Source: Candidatus Gottesmanbacteria bacterium (GTDB taxonomy: Bacteria; Patescibacteriota; Microgenomatia; UBA10105; UBA927). Taken from it: 64,000 nucleotides of DNA. Of the stretch, positions 9,543 through 19,529 are shown piece after piece (the first letter of the stretch is position 1; each line of letters opens with the position of its first letter). The notes below the pieces were generated by a model, which worked only from the letters and a program-made list of their open reading frames with translations, did not search any database and was not told the origin of the DNA. A program made the translations under genes and the position numbers. The stretch is taken from the NCBI GenBank assembly GCA_963701185.1, contig OY969569.1, forward strand, positions 318,268-382,267, given 5' to 3'.

Positions 9543-10703
9543 TTAGTCGATAAAGGTCAACGCAACACCGCGTTTAGCAGCCCGTCCCGTGCGTCCGATG
9601 CGGTGGATATAATCATCCATGGTTTCCGGAAGATCATAGTTAATAACATGCGATACATCCGGTATATCCAGGCCGCGGCTGGCCACGTCCGTTGCCAGTA
9701 AAATCTGTATTTCATTATGAATAAATTGGTTCAACACATGTTGACGCTGTCCCTGACGTTTGTTTCCGTGGATCGCGCCCGTTTTTACACCGCGGTTTGC
9801 AAGCTCATCGGCAACTTTCTGAACGCCGTGTTTGGTCCTGCCGAAAGCAAGCACTTTGGAAAACTCCCGTCTCTTTAATAGCTCGTGAAGTGTATCTATC
9901 TTCGTTGTGTTTTGTGAAACCCGAATGACATCCTGCGAGATCTGCGATTCCGTTTCCGCTGATTTTACTGAAATTCTGACGGGATTTTTTACAAAATCAG
10001 CAAGCAGCCCGCCAGCACTCCCGGAAATCGTTGCGGAAAAAAATAGAGACTGACGCGCCGGCGGCAGCAGAGAAATAAAATATTGAATCTCGCGGATAAA
10101 CCCGATATCGACCATCCTGTCCGCCTCATCCAAGACGACAGAGCGGAATCCGGACAGGCGGATAACCTTCGTTTCGATAAACTCTTTGAGTCTGCCGGGG
10201 GTAGCGATGACAAAATGCGGATCATCCTGCATGTCTTTCTTCTGCCTCCATTCGTTGGCGCCTCCGATAAGAAGAGCGCTGCGGATGGATAATCCGCGGG
10301 CAAAATCCCGCAGCTGGTTATGTATCTGAAACGCCAATTCACGGGTAGGCGCGATCACCAGGACCCGCTGTACACGGTCGCGTGTGATTTTTTGAATAAG
10401 CGGGATTAAAAACGCCGCAGTTTTACCCGTACCGGTGTTGGCGACGCCGATAACATCGCGTCCTGCCAAAACCGCAGGAATGACTTCGTTTTGAATAGCA
10501 GTAAGGGAGGAGAAGCCTTTGATCCGGATATTTTCAAAAAGAACGGGATCCAATGCAAAATCTGCAAACGTACCGGCCGCGGGTGCGGCTACGGCCGGCT
10601 GACGAGTGGCCCTCTCTTTGCTTTGGGCAATCGCTGCCATGAGCAGATGCTTCGGCACGCTTTTTATGACCCGTGATCGGTTAAATCTTTGATTATTTCT
10701 CAT
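9543..10703 (-). CDS. DEAD-box ATP-dependent RNA helicase.
   Basis: The motifs are AxTGTGKT, PTRELA, TPGRL, VLDEADRM, SAT and HRIGRTGR. Confidence 0.9.
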   Translation of the reverse strand: MRNNQRFNRSRVIKSVPKHLLMAAIAQSKERATRQPAVAAPAAGTFADFALDPVLFENIRIKGFSSLTAIQNEVIPAVLAGRDVIGVANTGTGKTAAFLIPLIQKITRDRVQRVLVIAPTRELAFQIHNQLRDFARGLSIRSALLIGGANEWRQKKDMQDDPHFVIATPGRLKEFIETKVIRLSGFRSVVLDEADRMVDIGFIREIQYFISLLPPARQSLFFSATISGSAGGLLADFVKNPVRISVKSAETESQISQDVIRVSQNTTKIDTLHELLKRREFSKVLAFGRTKHGVQKVADELANRGVKTGAIHGNKRQGQRQHVLNQFIHNEIQILLATDVASRGLDIPDVSHVINYDLPETMDDYIHRIGRTGRAAKRGVALTFID

Positions 10704-10872
10704 AGGATAGAAATATTAAAAAAATAAAACTGCTTAAAAAATGAATACAGAACTGAAATGGGGAAAAGACGCGGTAATAAATTTTGAGGCGTTTTTTCGC
10801 TTACACTTCGTAGATCTAACTCTATTAAGCAGATGTATTTCTTCAATACAACTGCAAAACGTATTATATCAT

Positions 10873-11451
10873 CTATTTCTTAAAATAGCAATTGCGGCAG
10901 CGGGGCTGGTAAGTGTCAATTTTCCCGACAAGCGATGGATCGGCCATATGGGGATCTACGGTTTTACCGCTCACAATCCGCTTATGGTACACCGCCTCAT
11001 CTCCGCACAGGACACAGACGGCAGACAGTTTGGTCACTTTATCCGCCATACTCATGAGGGTCGGAATCGGAGCAAACGGCTCGCGGTCGTAGGTCAGGGC
11101 AAGTCCCGCCACCACAACCTTTTTCCCTTTGGAAAGAAGCGTTTCTATAACCGGCACAAGGCTGTTGCCAAACCACTGTGCTTCATCTATTGCGATGATC
11201 TCTGTTTTCGGGTGAATTTTCGCCAGGATTTGTCGTGGTGAAGAAACAACATCCGATTCAAACGAGATGCCGGCGTGAGAAAAAAGTTTTTTGTCCCGCC
11301 CATAGCGCGTGTCAATGGCGTGCTTAAATACCTGAATTTTTTTCTTTGCAATCGCCGCGCGGCGGACCTGGCGGATAAGCTCTTCGGTTTTTCCGCAGAA
11401 CATCGGGCCGGCAATGACCTCTAAATATCCTAATTTGATATGTTTAGACAT
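10873..11451 (-). CDS. tdk: Thymidine kinase.
   Basis: There is a P-loop GPMFCGKTEEL and a C-terminal Cys zinc ribbon (CVLCG...CRNC). Confidence 0.9.
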   Translation of the reverse strand: MSKHIKLGYLEVIAGPMFCGKTEELIRQVRRAAIAKKKIQVFKHAIDTRYGRDKKLFSHAGISFESDVVSSPRQILAKIHPKTEIIAIDEAQWFGNSLVPVIETLLSKGKKVVVAGLALTYDREPFAPIPTLMSMADKVTKLSAVCVLCGDEAVYHKRIVSGKTVDPHMADPSLVGKIDTYQPRCRNCYFKK

Positions 11452-11488
11452 AATTGACGATATATATTTTCGGGTTTATTATGGATTC

Positions 11489-11743
11489 ATGGCAGAAGAA
11501 ATTAATGAATCCATTTCGGTTGCTCTGTGGAGCAATCATACCACAAACAAAATCCTCCCATATAGCCTCTATTGGCAGGGCCGCCGCTACCACATAACGA
11601 AAGTCGGATTTCATCATACCGTGCACGAGGGACGTGTGCTTACCCACATATTTTCGGTCACCGACGGAACGACGTTTTTTAAATTACGATTTGATACGGA
11701 AACGCTCTTATGGAAACTGCTGGAGGTAGCAGATGGAGTTTAA
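11489..11743 (+). CDS. Small hypothetical protein.
   Basis: The ORF lies between tdk and dinB. The track start at 11414 overlaps the tdk start, so an internal Met is more likely. I recognise no motif. Confidence 0.2.
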   Translation: MAEEINESISVALWSNHTTNKILPYSLYWQGRRYHITKVGFHHTVHEGRVLTHIFSVTDGTTFFKLRFDTETLLWKLLEVADGV

Positions 11744-12938
11744 TCCCGCGCTTCCCACCGTGATGCATATAGATCTCAATTCCTGTTTTGCTACCATTGA
11801 GCAACAGGCAAATCCTACTTACCGCGGGCACCCGCTTGTGGTCGCCGCCTACACGACCGATCGCGGATGCATCCTAGCCGCGTCCGTTGAGGCAAAACGG
11901 TTGGGGATCAAGACCGGCATGTATGTGGGGGACGGCAAACGTCTGTTTCCGAAGCTTATTATTCTCCCGTCCGACCCGCCGAAATACCGCTTTGTGAACC
12001 AAAAACTGTTTACACTGTTGTCGGCATACAGCTCGCTGGTTGAGGTGAAGTCTATAGATGAAATGGTTTTGAAAATGAATAGTGAATTAGGAATTATGAA
12101 TTATGCGAAAGAAATTAAAAAAAGAATTAAGGACGAAATCGGAGAGTGGCTGACGGTTTCAATCGGTATTGCTCCAAACCGGTATCTGGCAAAAATAGCC
12201 TCAAATCTCCATAAACCCGACGGACTGGATATAATTACTGCGCACAACATTGAACTTATTTTAAGTTCATTAAAACTTGAAGATTTAACGGGGATAAAAG
12301 AGGGATACGGAGGGAGAATGCGCAGGGCCGGCATCTATTCGCCTCTGGCTATGTACAAAGCCTCAGGAATGGTTTTAGCGGCTGCATTCGGCTCAAAAAT
12401 AGGCCATGACTGGTCCCTCATGCTCCACGGATGGGAGACTGACCTGTATGACCGGACCGAAACGAAATCCATCGGACACTCCTACGCATTACCGAGGGCG
12501 TACGCCACTGACGATGTCCGTTTGCACCAAATCCTCTCCCAGCTTGTCGAAAAAATGGGCAGGAGGCTGCGGGAAGGCCACTATACTGCCGGAGGAATCC
12601 GCATCGCAACCGCTTTTGCCGACCACACCTATTGGAATCACGGGGAAAAACTGCAAAACGCAATATTTGCAAGCCGGGATTTATATTATGCCGCGCTGAC
12701 TCTTTTGAACAAGGCACCGAAAAAACCAGTAAAATTACTTGCAGTCTCAAGTTATTTTTTATCCGATCACCATCAGGAACAACTGGCTCTGTTTGACCAG
12801 ACCGGTCGGAAACGGGCGCTTGCGGAAGCGCTTGACGCGATAGCCGACCGGTGGGGCGAGTTCACGGTCACTCCCGCCCGGATGCTTGCCATGGAACACA
12901 AGGTTCTTGACAGAATCGCATTCGGTGGGGTACGCTAG
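11733..12938 (+). CDS. dinB: Y-family DNA polymerase IV.
   Basis: The N-terminus HIDLNSCFATIEQQANP matches the DxD...FFAsVE motif and the overall Y-family layout. Confidence 0.85.
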   Translation: MEFNPALPTVMHIDLNSCFATIEQQANPTYRGHPLVVAAYTTDRGCILAASVEAKRLGIKTGMYVGDGKRLFPKLIILPSDPPKYRFVNQKLFTLLSAYSSLVEVKSIDEMVLKMNSELGIMNYAKEIKKRIKDEIGEWLTVSIGIAPNRYLAKIASNLHKPDGLDIITAHNIELILSSLKLEDLTGIKEGYGGRMRRAGIYSPLAMYKASGMVLAAAFGSKIGHDWSLMLHGWETDLYDRTETKSIGHSYALPRAYATDDVRLHQILSQLVEKMGRRLREGHYTAGGIRIATAFADHTYWNHGEKLQNAIFASRDLYYAALTLLNKAPKKPVKLLAVSSYFLSDHHQEQLALFDQTGRKRALAEALDAIADRWGEFTVTPARMLAMEHKVLDRIAFGGVR

Positions 12939-12940
12939 GA

Positions 12941-13035
12941 AAATAAATATCAAGAATGATGGGTAGTGATCTCGCACAATGATCCATCTGGCAACCGTTA
13001 CATTCGTAAAATTCATGACGGTGCCCCAGCGAGAA
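12941..13035 (+). ncRNA. Candidate SAM-responsive riboswitch (SAM-I or SAM-I/IV-like) in the metK 5' leader.
   Basis: The leader contains UAUCAAGA, AAUGAUCC, GGCAACC, GGUGCC and CAGCG elements in the same order as the SAM-I core. The 5' AUAUC can pair with GAUAU(G), which overlaps the metK start codon. Confidence 0.35.
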
Positions 13036-13041
13036 TACGAT

Positions 13042-14151
13042 ATGACGACCTATTTCACTTCTGAATCCGTTGCCGCCGGCCACCCCGATAAAATTTGCGA
13101 TCAGATATCCGATGCCGTGTTGGATGCGGCACTGGAGATTGATCCGATGTCACGGGTCGCCGTTGAAACGCTGGTAACCGTCAACCGCGTGGTTATGGCG
13201 GGAGAAGTGACATGCCCCAAAAAACTTGACTACGAAGCGATTGCCAGAGGAGTCATAAAATCTTTGGGATACACAAAGGCAATCTATAACTTTACCCACA
13301 AATCACCCGTTTCCGTCTATATCCACGAGCAGTCGCCGGATATTGCTGTGGGCGTCAACGACGGCGGTGCCGGGGATCAGGGTATGATGTTCGGATATGC
13401 CTCCCGCGAAACAAAAGAATACATGCCCCTGCCGATCATTCTTGCGCACCGTCTGGTGCAAAAAATGGATAAGGCACGCGAGAAATCCATTCTCCCATTC
13501 CTTCGGCCGGACGGCAAATCAGAGGTGAAAGTGCTGTATGAAAACGGAAAACCGAAAGAAATCACAAGTGTTGTTATTGCCGTACCGCACAACCCTGACA
13601 TAACAAACGAAGAGTTGACGAGCAAACTCATTGAGACGGTTATTACGCCGGTTTTATCCGCATATCACTTTAAAACACCTTCCCGGGATTCTATTATCGT
13701 CAACGGCAGTAAAGGAAAATGGGAGATTGGCGGACCCGCCTCGGATACCGGAGTCACCGGCCGGAAAATTATCGTTGATACGTACGGCGCATTCGCGCGT
13801 CATGGAGGCGGCGCGTTCAGCGGCAAGGACCCCACGAAGGTTGACCGCAGCGGCGCCTACGCCTGCCGATACATTGCCAAAAACATCGTGTCCGCGGGGC
13901 TGGCTGACCGCGCAGAGGTACGTGTGGCGTATGTCATCGGACAACGGGAACCGATTGACCGCGACATAGAAACATTCGGAACGGAAAAGAAGAAACTATC
14001 CGTGATCGAAGATTTTGCATGGAACCTTCTGGATATGTCGGTGCCGGGAATTTTACAAGGCCTGAATCTTCGGCGTCCCATTTACCGGGAGACAGCCCGT
14101 TACGGCCATTTCGGGCGTGATAGCTTCCCGTGGGAAACGGTGATAGAATAG
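13042..14151 (+). CDS. metK: S-adenosylmethionine synthetase.
   Basis: The N-terminus is MTTYFTSESVAAGHPDKICDQISDAVLD, and GGGAFSGKDPTKVDRS is present. The track ORF starts 63 nt upstream inside the leader. Confidence 0.92.
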   Translation: MTTYFTSESVAAGHPDKICDQISDAVLDAALEIDPMSRVAVETLVTVNRVVMAGEVTCPKKLDYEAIARGVIKSLGYTKAIYNFTHKSPVSVYIHEQSPDIAVGVNDGGAGDQGMMFGYASRETKEYMPLPIILAHRLVQKMDKAREKSILPFLRPDGKSEVKVLYENGKPKEITSVVIAVPHNPDITNEELTSKLIETVITPVLSAYHFKTPSRDSIIVNGSKGKWEIGGPASDTGVTGRKIIVDTYGAFARHGGGAFSGKDPTKVDRSGAYACRYIAKNIVSAGLADRAEVRVAYVIGQREPIDRDIETFGTEKKKLSVIEDFAWNLLDMSVPGILQGLNLRRPIYRETARYGHFGRDSFPWETVIE

Positions 14152-14156
14152 GTGCG

Positions 14157-15305
14157 ATGAGAGACGAGCGGCCGCTGGCGGATATTCTTCGTCCCGCAAC
14201 ACTCAATGATGTTATCGGGCAGGAACAGCTTGTTGGTGCCAACGGTATTATCCGCAAACTCCTTCACACGGGATTCCTCCCATCCATGATTTTCTGGGGG
14301 CCTCCCGGATGCGGCAAAACAACGCTGGCCCGCATACTTGCAAAAAAACTCAAGCGGACATTTTATGAATTTTCGGCGGTTAACACAAAAATTACCGATA
14401 TCACAGCGGTTGTCGATAAAAAACCACTTATTTTTTTAGATGAAATTCATAGGTTTAATAAAGCCCAACAGGACAAACTTCTTCCATACGTAGAACGCGG
14501 AGAAATACTATTAATCGGCGCTACAACGGAAAACCCGTCATTTGAGGTTATTTCGCCTCTTTTATCCCGTTGCCGCGTGCTTGTGTTAAAACCCCTGACT
14601 GAGGCAGAACTTTCAAAAATCATTGATCGTGGACTTCTTTATCTCAAAAAATCAATGGATACAAAAGGCCGCGAATTTTTATTGGAAGTCGCAAACGGTG
14701 ATGCCCGCGCCCTTTTAACTATTCTTGAAATTGCAGCCACACTTAACCTACGAGGAGAGTCCTTGCAGGTTAAAGATATTGAAGAGGCGGCCCAGCGGAA
14801 AATGCTTCAGTACGATCAAACCGGCGATGAGCACTACAATACCATTTCCGCATTTATCAAAAGCATGCGGGCAAGCGATACGGACGCCTCCCTGTATTAT
14901 CTGGCAAGAATGGTGGCGGCAGGAGAAGACCCGCTAGTAATCGCGCGGCGCATGGTGGTGTTTGCATCGGAAGATATCGGGATTGCGCAACCCACGGCTC
15001 TGGTCGTTGCAAACACGGTGTTTGACGCATGCAACAAAATCGGCTACCCGGAATGTCAGGAAAATCTTGCTCACGGCGTGGTGTATTTATGTTTGGCAAA
15101 AAAAGACCGGAGTGCCTACGACGCATATATGGCGGCACTCGCGGATGTACAAAGATACGGCAACCTCCCGATTCCGCTGGTTATCCGCAACGCGCCGACG
15201 AAGCTTATGAAGGGATTGGGATACGGAAAAGGGTATGATAAATATACGAAAGAAAGTTTACTGCCGGATACGCTAAAAGGAAAAAAATATTTTCAAAGGG
15301 GGTGA
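14157..15305 (+). CDS. rarA: Replication-associated recombination protein A (MgsA/RarA AAA+ ATPase).
   Basis: Walker A is GPPGCGKTTLARI and Walker B/sensor is FLDEIHRFNKAQQD. Confidence 0.85.
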   Translation: MRDERPLADILRPATLNDVIGQEQLVGANGIIRKLLHTGFLPSMIFWGPPGCGKTTLARILAKKLKRTFYEFSAVNTKITDITAVVDKKPLIFLDEIHRFNKAQQDKLLPYVERGEILLIGATTENPSFEVISPLLSRCRVLVLKPLTEAELSKIIDRGLLYLKKSMDTKGREFLLEVANGDARALLTILEIAATLNLRGESLQVKDIEEAAQRKMLQYDQTGDEHYNTISAFIKSMRASDTDASLYYLARMVAAGEDPLVIARRMVVFASEDIGIAQPTALVVANTVFDACNKIGYPECQENLAHGVVYLCLAKKDRSAYDAYMAALADVQRYGNLPIPLVIRNAPTKLMKGLGYGKGYDKYTKESLLPDTLKGKKYFQRG

Positions 15306-15313
15306 CAAAACAA

Positions 15314-15571
15314 ATGGATATTCAAATTGCCAAAATTACGCATTACTATGATAAAATCGGTGTCGCGGTTATTGAAGTTGCCAAACAGCCGCTCAAAGTC
15401 GGCGACGTCATAAAGATTTCGGGGCACGATAACGAATTTAACCAAACGGTTACGTCTCTTCAGGTCGAACACGAACAGGTGAAAGAAATTGATGCCGGAG
15501 AATCAGGGGCGCTCAAAACGGAGAAGCCGGTAAAAGAGGGGGACATGATATACTTGGTGACGAAAAAATGA
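15314..15571 (+). CDS. Small hypothetical protein.
   Basis: It is an 85-aa ORF in operonic position between rarA and the NUDIX gene. I recognise no motif. Confidence 0.3.
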   Translation: MDIQIAKITHYYDKIGVAVIEVAKQPLKVGDVIKISGHDNEFNQTVTSLQVEHEQVKEIDAGESGALKTEKPVKEGDMIYLVTKK

Positions 15572-15999
15572 AAACGGAACAGTCAGCAGGAGGCATTATC
15601 GTCCGGTCAGTCGGCGGCGCGTGGGAGGTGCTTATCGTTCAGGATATGCATGACGCGTGGACCTTTCCGAAAGGAAAAATCGACGGCGGTGAGACTTTGA
15701 AAGAAGCTGCCCGGCGGGAAATTCAGGAAGAAGTCGGGCTGACGGATCTGACCATACGGGAAACGCTTCCTGTCGTCCTGTATATGTACCGGCGGGACGG
15801 ACTCATCAGTAAAACAGTTCAGTATTATATTTTTGAATCAAACGGAAGTGAAAATCTTGTCAACCAAACGAATGAAGGAATTCATAATGCATCATGGACC
15901 CCAATAGAACGGGCAATAGAAATCATCGGATATCCGAAAACGAATGCGCCTTTATTACTCAAAGTAAAACAATGGACATTACACCAGCACCGGACATAA
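15568..15999 (+). CDS. NUDIX hydrolase.
   Basis: The Nudix box is GKIDGGETLKEAARREIQEEVGL. Confidence 0.85.
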   Translation: MKTEQSAGGIIVRSVGGAWEVLIVQDMHDAWTFPKGKIDGGETLKEAARREIQEEVGLTDLTIRETLPVVLYMYRRDGLISKTVQYYIFESNGSENLVNQTNEGIHNASWTPIERAIEIIGYPKTNAPLLLKVKQWTLHQHRT

Positions 16000-16358
16000 A
16001 AAAAATAGTCAACAAAATCGTGCCGAAGCTGCCGTTTTCGCAGTACGTTGATGCGAGACGGATTGTCTGCATGCGCAGTTTCAAAGCAACGAGCCGTGCA
16101 CGTGCCCGTATCTGGAGCTTTCCCAAAATCTGGCAGATGGCCCTGAAACTTCCCCCCTATTACGTGATAGAGGTGTTGTCACATCATTTTGACCATTTAT
16201 CGGATGATGATAAAACACGTGTGATCATCCACGAACTCATGCATATCCCGAAAAACTTTTCCGGCGCACTTGTGCCGCACAGCGGTCTCCATAAACGAAT
16301 TAATAATCACACGGTTGAAAATTTATTTAAACAATATAAAGAAAATTCTAAGTTTTAA
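15972..16358 (+). CDS. Putative zinc metallopeptidase (HExxH).
   Basis: The motif is IIHELMHIP. The start is taken at the internal Met (MDITPAP) to limit overlap with the NUDIX gene. Confidence 0.35.
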   Translation: MDITPAPDIKKIVNKIVPKLPFSQYVDARRIVCMRSFKATSRARARIWSFPKIWQMALKLPPYYVIEVLSHHFDHLSDDDKTRVIIHELMHIPKNFSGALVPHSGLHKRINNHTVENLFKQYKENSKF

Positions 16359-16439
16359 GTACTAAGTAAGTACTACTAATTAAATATTAAAAAATAGAAT
16401 TTGTTTAGAATTTAGTACTTAGTATTTAAAATTTATCAT

Positions 16440-17099
16440 ATGATTATTTTATTACACGGAAATTATAGCGAATTATCACGGAAAGAATTTATCCGTCTTA
16501 AAGAAGAGGCAAAAGCCAAAGATATCCGTGTATTGGACGGACGGACGATTGACGCGGCGTCATTGACGCAGGCTATCGAATCCAACTCGATGTTTGGGGG
16601 AGACACGATTGTTTTTATCGAAAATCTTTTCGGCAAATTGGGGAGGAAGATAAAACTGATTGAATCGTTGACCGCAATTATCAACGGAAGCTCCGCGGAT
16701 ATCGTTCTTTGGGAAGATAAAGAGGTAGGCGCGACAGTTCTGAAAAATTTACCTAAAGCAAAAATTACCCTGTTTAAAATTCCCACGGGAATTTTCCAGC
16801 TCTTAGACGGTATTGTGCCGGACTCGTCAATCCGTACGCTTCCGCCCGAGCCCCCGGAGCTTATTTTTTCCATGATTGTGAAACGCATCCGTCAGCTCAT
16901 TCAACTGCACGACGGTGTCGTACCGGCCGGTTTGCAGGGTTGGCAGGCCTCCCGTTTGACAAGACAGGCAAAGTTATTTACCATGAATAAACTCCTTACT
17001 ATGTACAAAAAATTACTCGATATGGAGTATTCCTTCAAAAACGGATCTTCGCCGTTTACCACGAGCCAACACATTGAACAGTTTTTACTGGATTTGTAA
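16440..17099 (+). CDS. DNA polymerase III delta-subunit-like protein.
   Basis: The N-terminus IILLHGNYSEL resembles the HolA clamp-loader delta start. The assignment is weak. Confidence 0.4.
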   Translation: MIILLHGNYSELSRKEFIRLKEEAKAKDIRVLDGRTIDAASLTQAIESNSMFGGDTIVFIENLFGKLGRKIKLIESLTAIINGSSADIVLWEDKEVGATVLKNLPKAKITLFKIPTGIFQLLDGIVPDSSIRTLPPEPPELIFSMIVKRIRQLIQLHDGVVPAGLQGWQASRLTRQAKLFTMNKLLTMYKKLLDMEYSFKNGSSPFTTSQHIEQFLLDL

Positions 17100-17110
17100 G
17101 AAAGGCCACT

Positions 17111-18466
17111 ATGGATCTCTCAATTTTTAAAGATTATGACATTCGCGGTATATATCCGACGCAGATAAATGGAGACGTTGCCGCTGCCATCGCGCATGGA
17201 ATTGTCCGGAAGTTTCAACCGAAAAGCGTTGTTATCGGCAGGGATATGCGATTATCAGGTCCGGAACTAAAAGAAGCTCTAACGAAAACGTTTAGCGAGT
17301 TGGGAATCGATGTTTATGATATGGGCCTCGTAGGCACCGAAATGATGTCATTTGTCGCCGGAGCTTATCCATATGATCTCGTTATACAAATTTCTGCTTC
17401 TCATAATCCTCCGGAATATAACGGAATGAAAATGACACGGGGGGGCGCGGTTCCCGTCAGCGCGGACACAGGGCTCCGAGAAATCAGAGACCTTACCGCT
17501 CAGGGACCACTTCCGGCAGCCGCTGCCCGGGGGAAAATCCAATCACTGGATATCTACCCCGCATGGAAAGAAAAAATCCTATCACTGGTGGATGTGTCAA
17601 CAATTAAGGCGCTCAATGTCGTCGTCGATGCAGGAAACGGAATGGCGGGAAAATTGGCGCCGGCACTCTATGCAGGTTTACCAATTCAATTAACAACACT
17701 CTTTATGGATCTTGACGGAAGCTTTCCTAATCACGTGCCAAACCCGCTCATTGAATCCAATAATAAAACACTCATAGAAACGGTGACAGCCAAACACGCC
17801 GATATCGGGCTGACATTTGATGGAGATGCAGACCGCATGTTTTTAATTGACGATAAAGGCCGGTTTATTTCCGGTACGATAACGGCGGCAATGCTTGCCA
17901 GGTATTACCTCAAACAATTTCCCGGGTCCATGATTTTATACAATGCCATTTGCGGCAGAATTGTCCCCGAAACAATCAAAAAATATGGAGGAACAAGTAA
18001 ACGTGTACGTGTTGGATACAGTTATATCAAAGCCGCAATGAAAGAAACAAGTGCGGTGTTTTGTGGTGAACATTCCGGTCACTATTTTCACCGCGACTTT
18101 TTTAATTCAGAAACCGGTGTCGGTACGGCCCTCATGGTCATGAGTTTGCTGAGTCTCGACGGAAGAAAACTCTCTGAACTAGTTGATGAGCTGAATATCT
18201 ATCCCGCAAGCGGAGAAATTAATTTTATCGTTTCCGATATCCCTGCGGTCACACAGGCGATTAAAACCGGATTCCCGGATGCCCAGTCCATTGATGAGTT
18301 GGACGGAGTCAGTGTATGGTATAAGGAGTATTGGTTCAACGTCCGCGCAAGCAAAACCGAGCCCTTGCTTCGTTTGAATGTTGAGGCCGATACAAAAGAA
18401 ATTCTTGATGCAAAAACAAGTGAACTCGTTACAAAAATAGTTACGCTCGGAGGGAAACGAAAATGA
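17111..18466 (+). CDS. Phosphomannomutase/phosphoglucomutase.
   Basis: The active-site Ser loop is SASHNPPEYNGMK and the Mg loop is FDGDADR. Confidence 0.9.
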   Translation: MDLSIFKDYDIRGIYPTQINGDVAAAIAHGIVRKFQPKSVVIGRDMRLSGPELKEALTKTFSELGIDVYDMGLVGTEMMSFVAGAYPYDLVIQISASHNPPEYNGMKMTRGGAVPVSADTGLREIRDLTAQGPLPAAAARGKIQSLDIYPAWKEKILSLVDVSTIKALNVVVDAGNGMAGKLAPALYAGLPIQLTTLFMDLDGSFPNHVPNPLIESNNKTLIETVTAKHADIGLTFDGDADRMFLIDDKGRFISGTITAAMLARYYLKQFPGSMILYNAICGRIVPETIKKYGGTSKRVRVGYSYIKAAMKETSAVFCGEHSGHYFHRDFFNSETGVGTALMVMSLLSLDGRKLSELVDELNIYPASGEINFIVSDIPAVTQAIKTGFPDAQSIDELDGVSVWYKEYWFNVRASKTEPLLRLNVEADTKEILDAKTSELVTKIVTLGGKRK

Positions 18467-19506
18467 ACAGTCTTGATGATGTTGCGGCGATGAAGAAACA
18501 GGATCCGTCGGGAGTTTTAGGATCGACGGCGCTGTTTGCCGATCAGTGTGCGGCGGCGTGGGAAGAAAGTCGGAAAACCCTGTTTCCGCAGGAATATAAA
18601 AAAGTAAAAAATATTGTTGTCGCAGGGATGGGAGGCTCACGCTTTACCCCGAAAACCATCGGCGCGCTGTTCCGGAAATATATTAGCGTCCCGTATGAAA
18701 TCTGCGAGGACTATACGGTACCCGGCTATGTCAATGCCGACTCGCTGGTCATTTTATCCTCCTATTCCGGTACGACAGCGGAAGTAATATCCGCCGGAGA
18801 AGACGCAAAGAAGAAAGGTGCAAAAATTGCGGCGATTACGAGCAAAAGGATGGATTATCCTGGGTATTATTTCAGCCCCACATTGAACCCCTGCGGGCAA
18901 CCCAGGATCGGCGGGGGGTATTTATTATTAGGACACCTCGGACTTCTTTCAGCGTTAGGATTTGTTACGGTTAAAGACGATGTGGCAGCGGCAATTGCAT
19001 TCGCCAAGGAAATCGGAAAAAAATATGCGGCAGAAATTCCTGAAACGAATAACCCCGCAAAACAGCTTGCAATATTTCTGAAAGACAAACATCCGTTTAT
19101 TATTACAGCCGAATTCTTGAAAGGGTTCGGCAATGCATTCGCCAATCAGATAAATGAAACGGCAAAAATGATATCGGACTACCGCTACATTTCCGAACTG
19201 AACCATCATTTGTTGGAAGGACTATCCCACCCGGATACCATCCACCAAAACGGAGTATTTATATTCCTCTTATCGCATTGCTATAGCGAGCCGGTGCAAA
19301 AACGGTTCGCGATAACCCGCGACGTGGTGGCAAAACAGCATGTGGGTACGTACGATATAACGCTCACCGGTGCAAATAAGCTTTCACAGACCCTTGAGGC
19401 ATATACGCTCGCGGGATTTACGACGTTTTATCTTGGCATGCTCTATGACGTGGATCCCGTCGCCATTCCGTGGGTCGACTACTTTAAAGCCGAACTCGCT
19501 AAATAA
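18463..19506 (+). CDS. Bifunctional phosphoglucose/phosphomannose isomerase (SIS-domain, archaeal type).
   Basis: The SIS motif is VVAGMGGSRF. The length (347 aa) matches PGI/PMI. Confidence 0.7.
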   Translation: MNSLDDVAAMKKQDPSGVLGSTALFADQCAAAWEESRKTLFPQEYKKVKNIVVAGMGGSRFTPKTIGALFRKYISVPYEICEDYTVPGYVNADSLVILSSYSGTTAEVISAGEDAKKKGAKIAAITSKRMDYPGYYFSPTLNPCGQPRIGGGYLLLGHLGLLSALGFVTVKDDVAAAIAFAKEIGKKYAAEIPETNNPAKQLAIFLKDKHPFIITAEFLKGFGNAFANQINETAKMISDYRYISELNHHLLEGLSHPDTIHQNGVFIFLLSHCYSEPVQKRFAITRDVVAKQHVGTYDITLTGANKLSQTLEAYTLAGFTTFYLGMLYDVDPVAIPWVDYFKAELAK

Positions 19507-19528
19507 CCTGCAAGGACTCTCCTCGCAG
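19506..19528. repeat. REP-like palindromic repeat, copy 1, immediately 3' of the transposase gene.
   Basis: The sequence is acctgcaaggactctcctcgcag, a roughly 10-bp stem with a CTC loop. Confidence 0.8.
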
Positions 19529-19529
19529 A

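Noticed and set aside
10741-11241. A 166-aa plus-strand ORF.
   Set aside because: It is antisense to the well-supported tdk gene.
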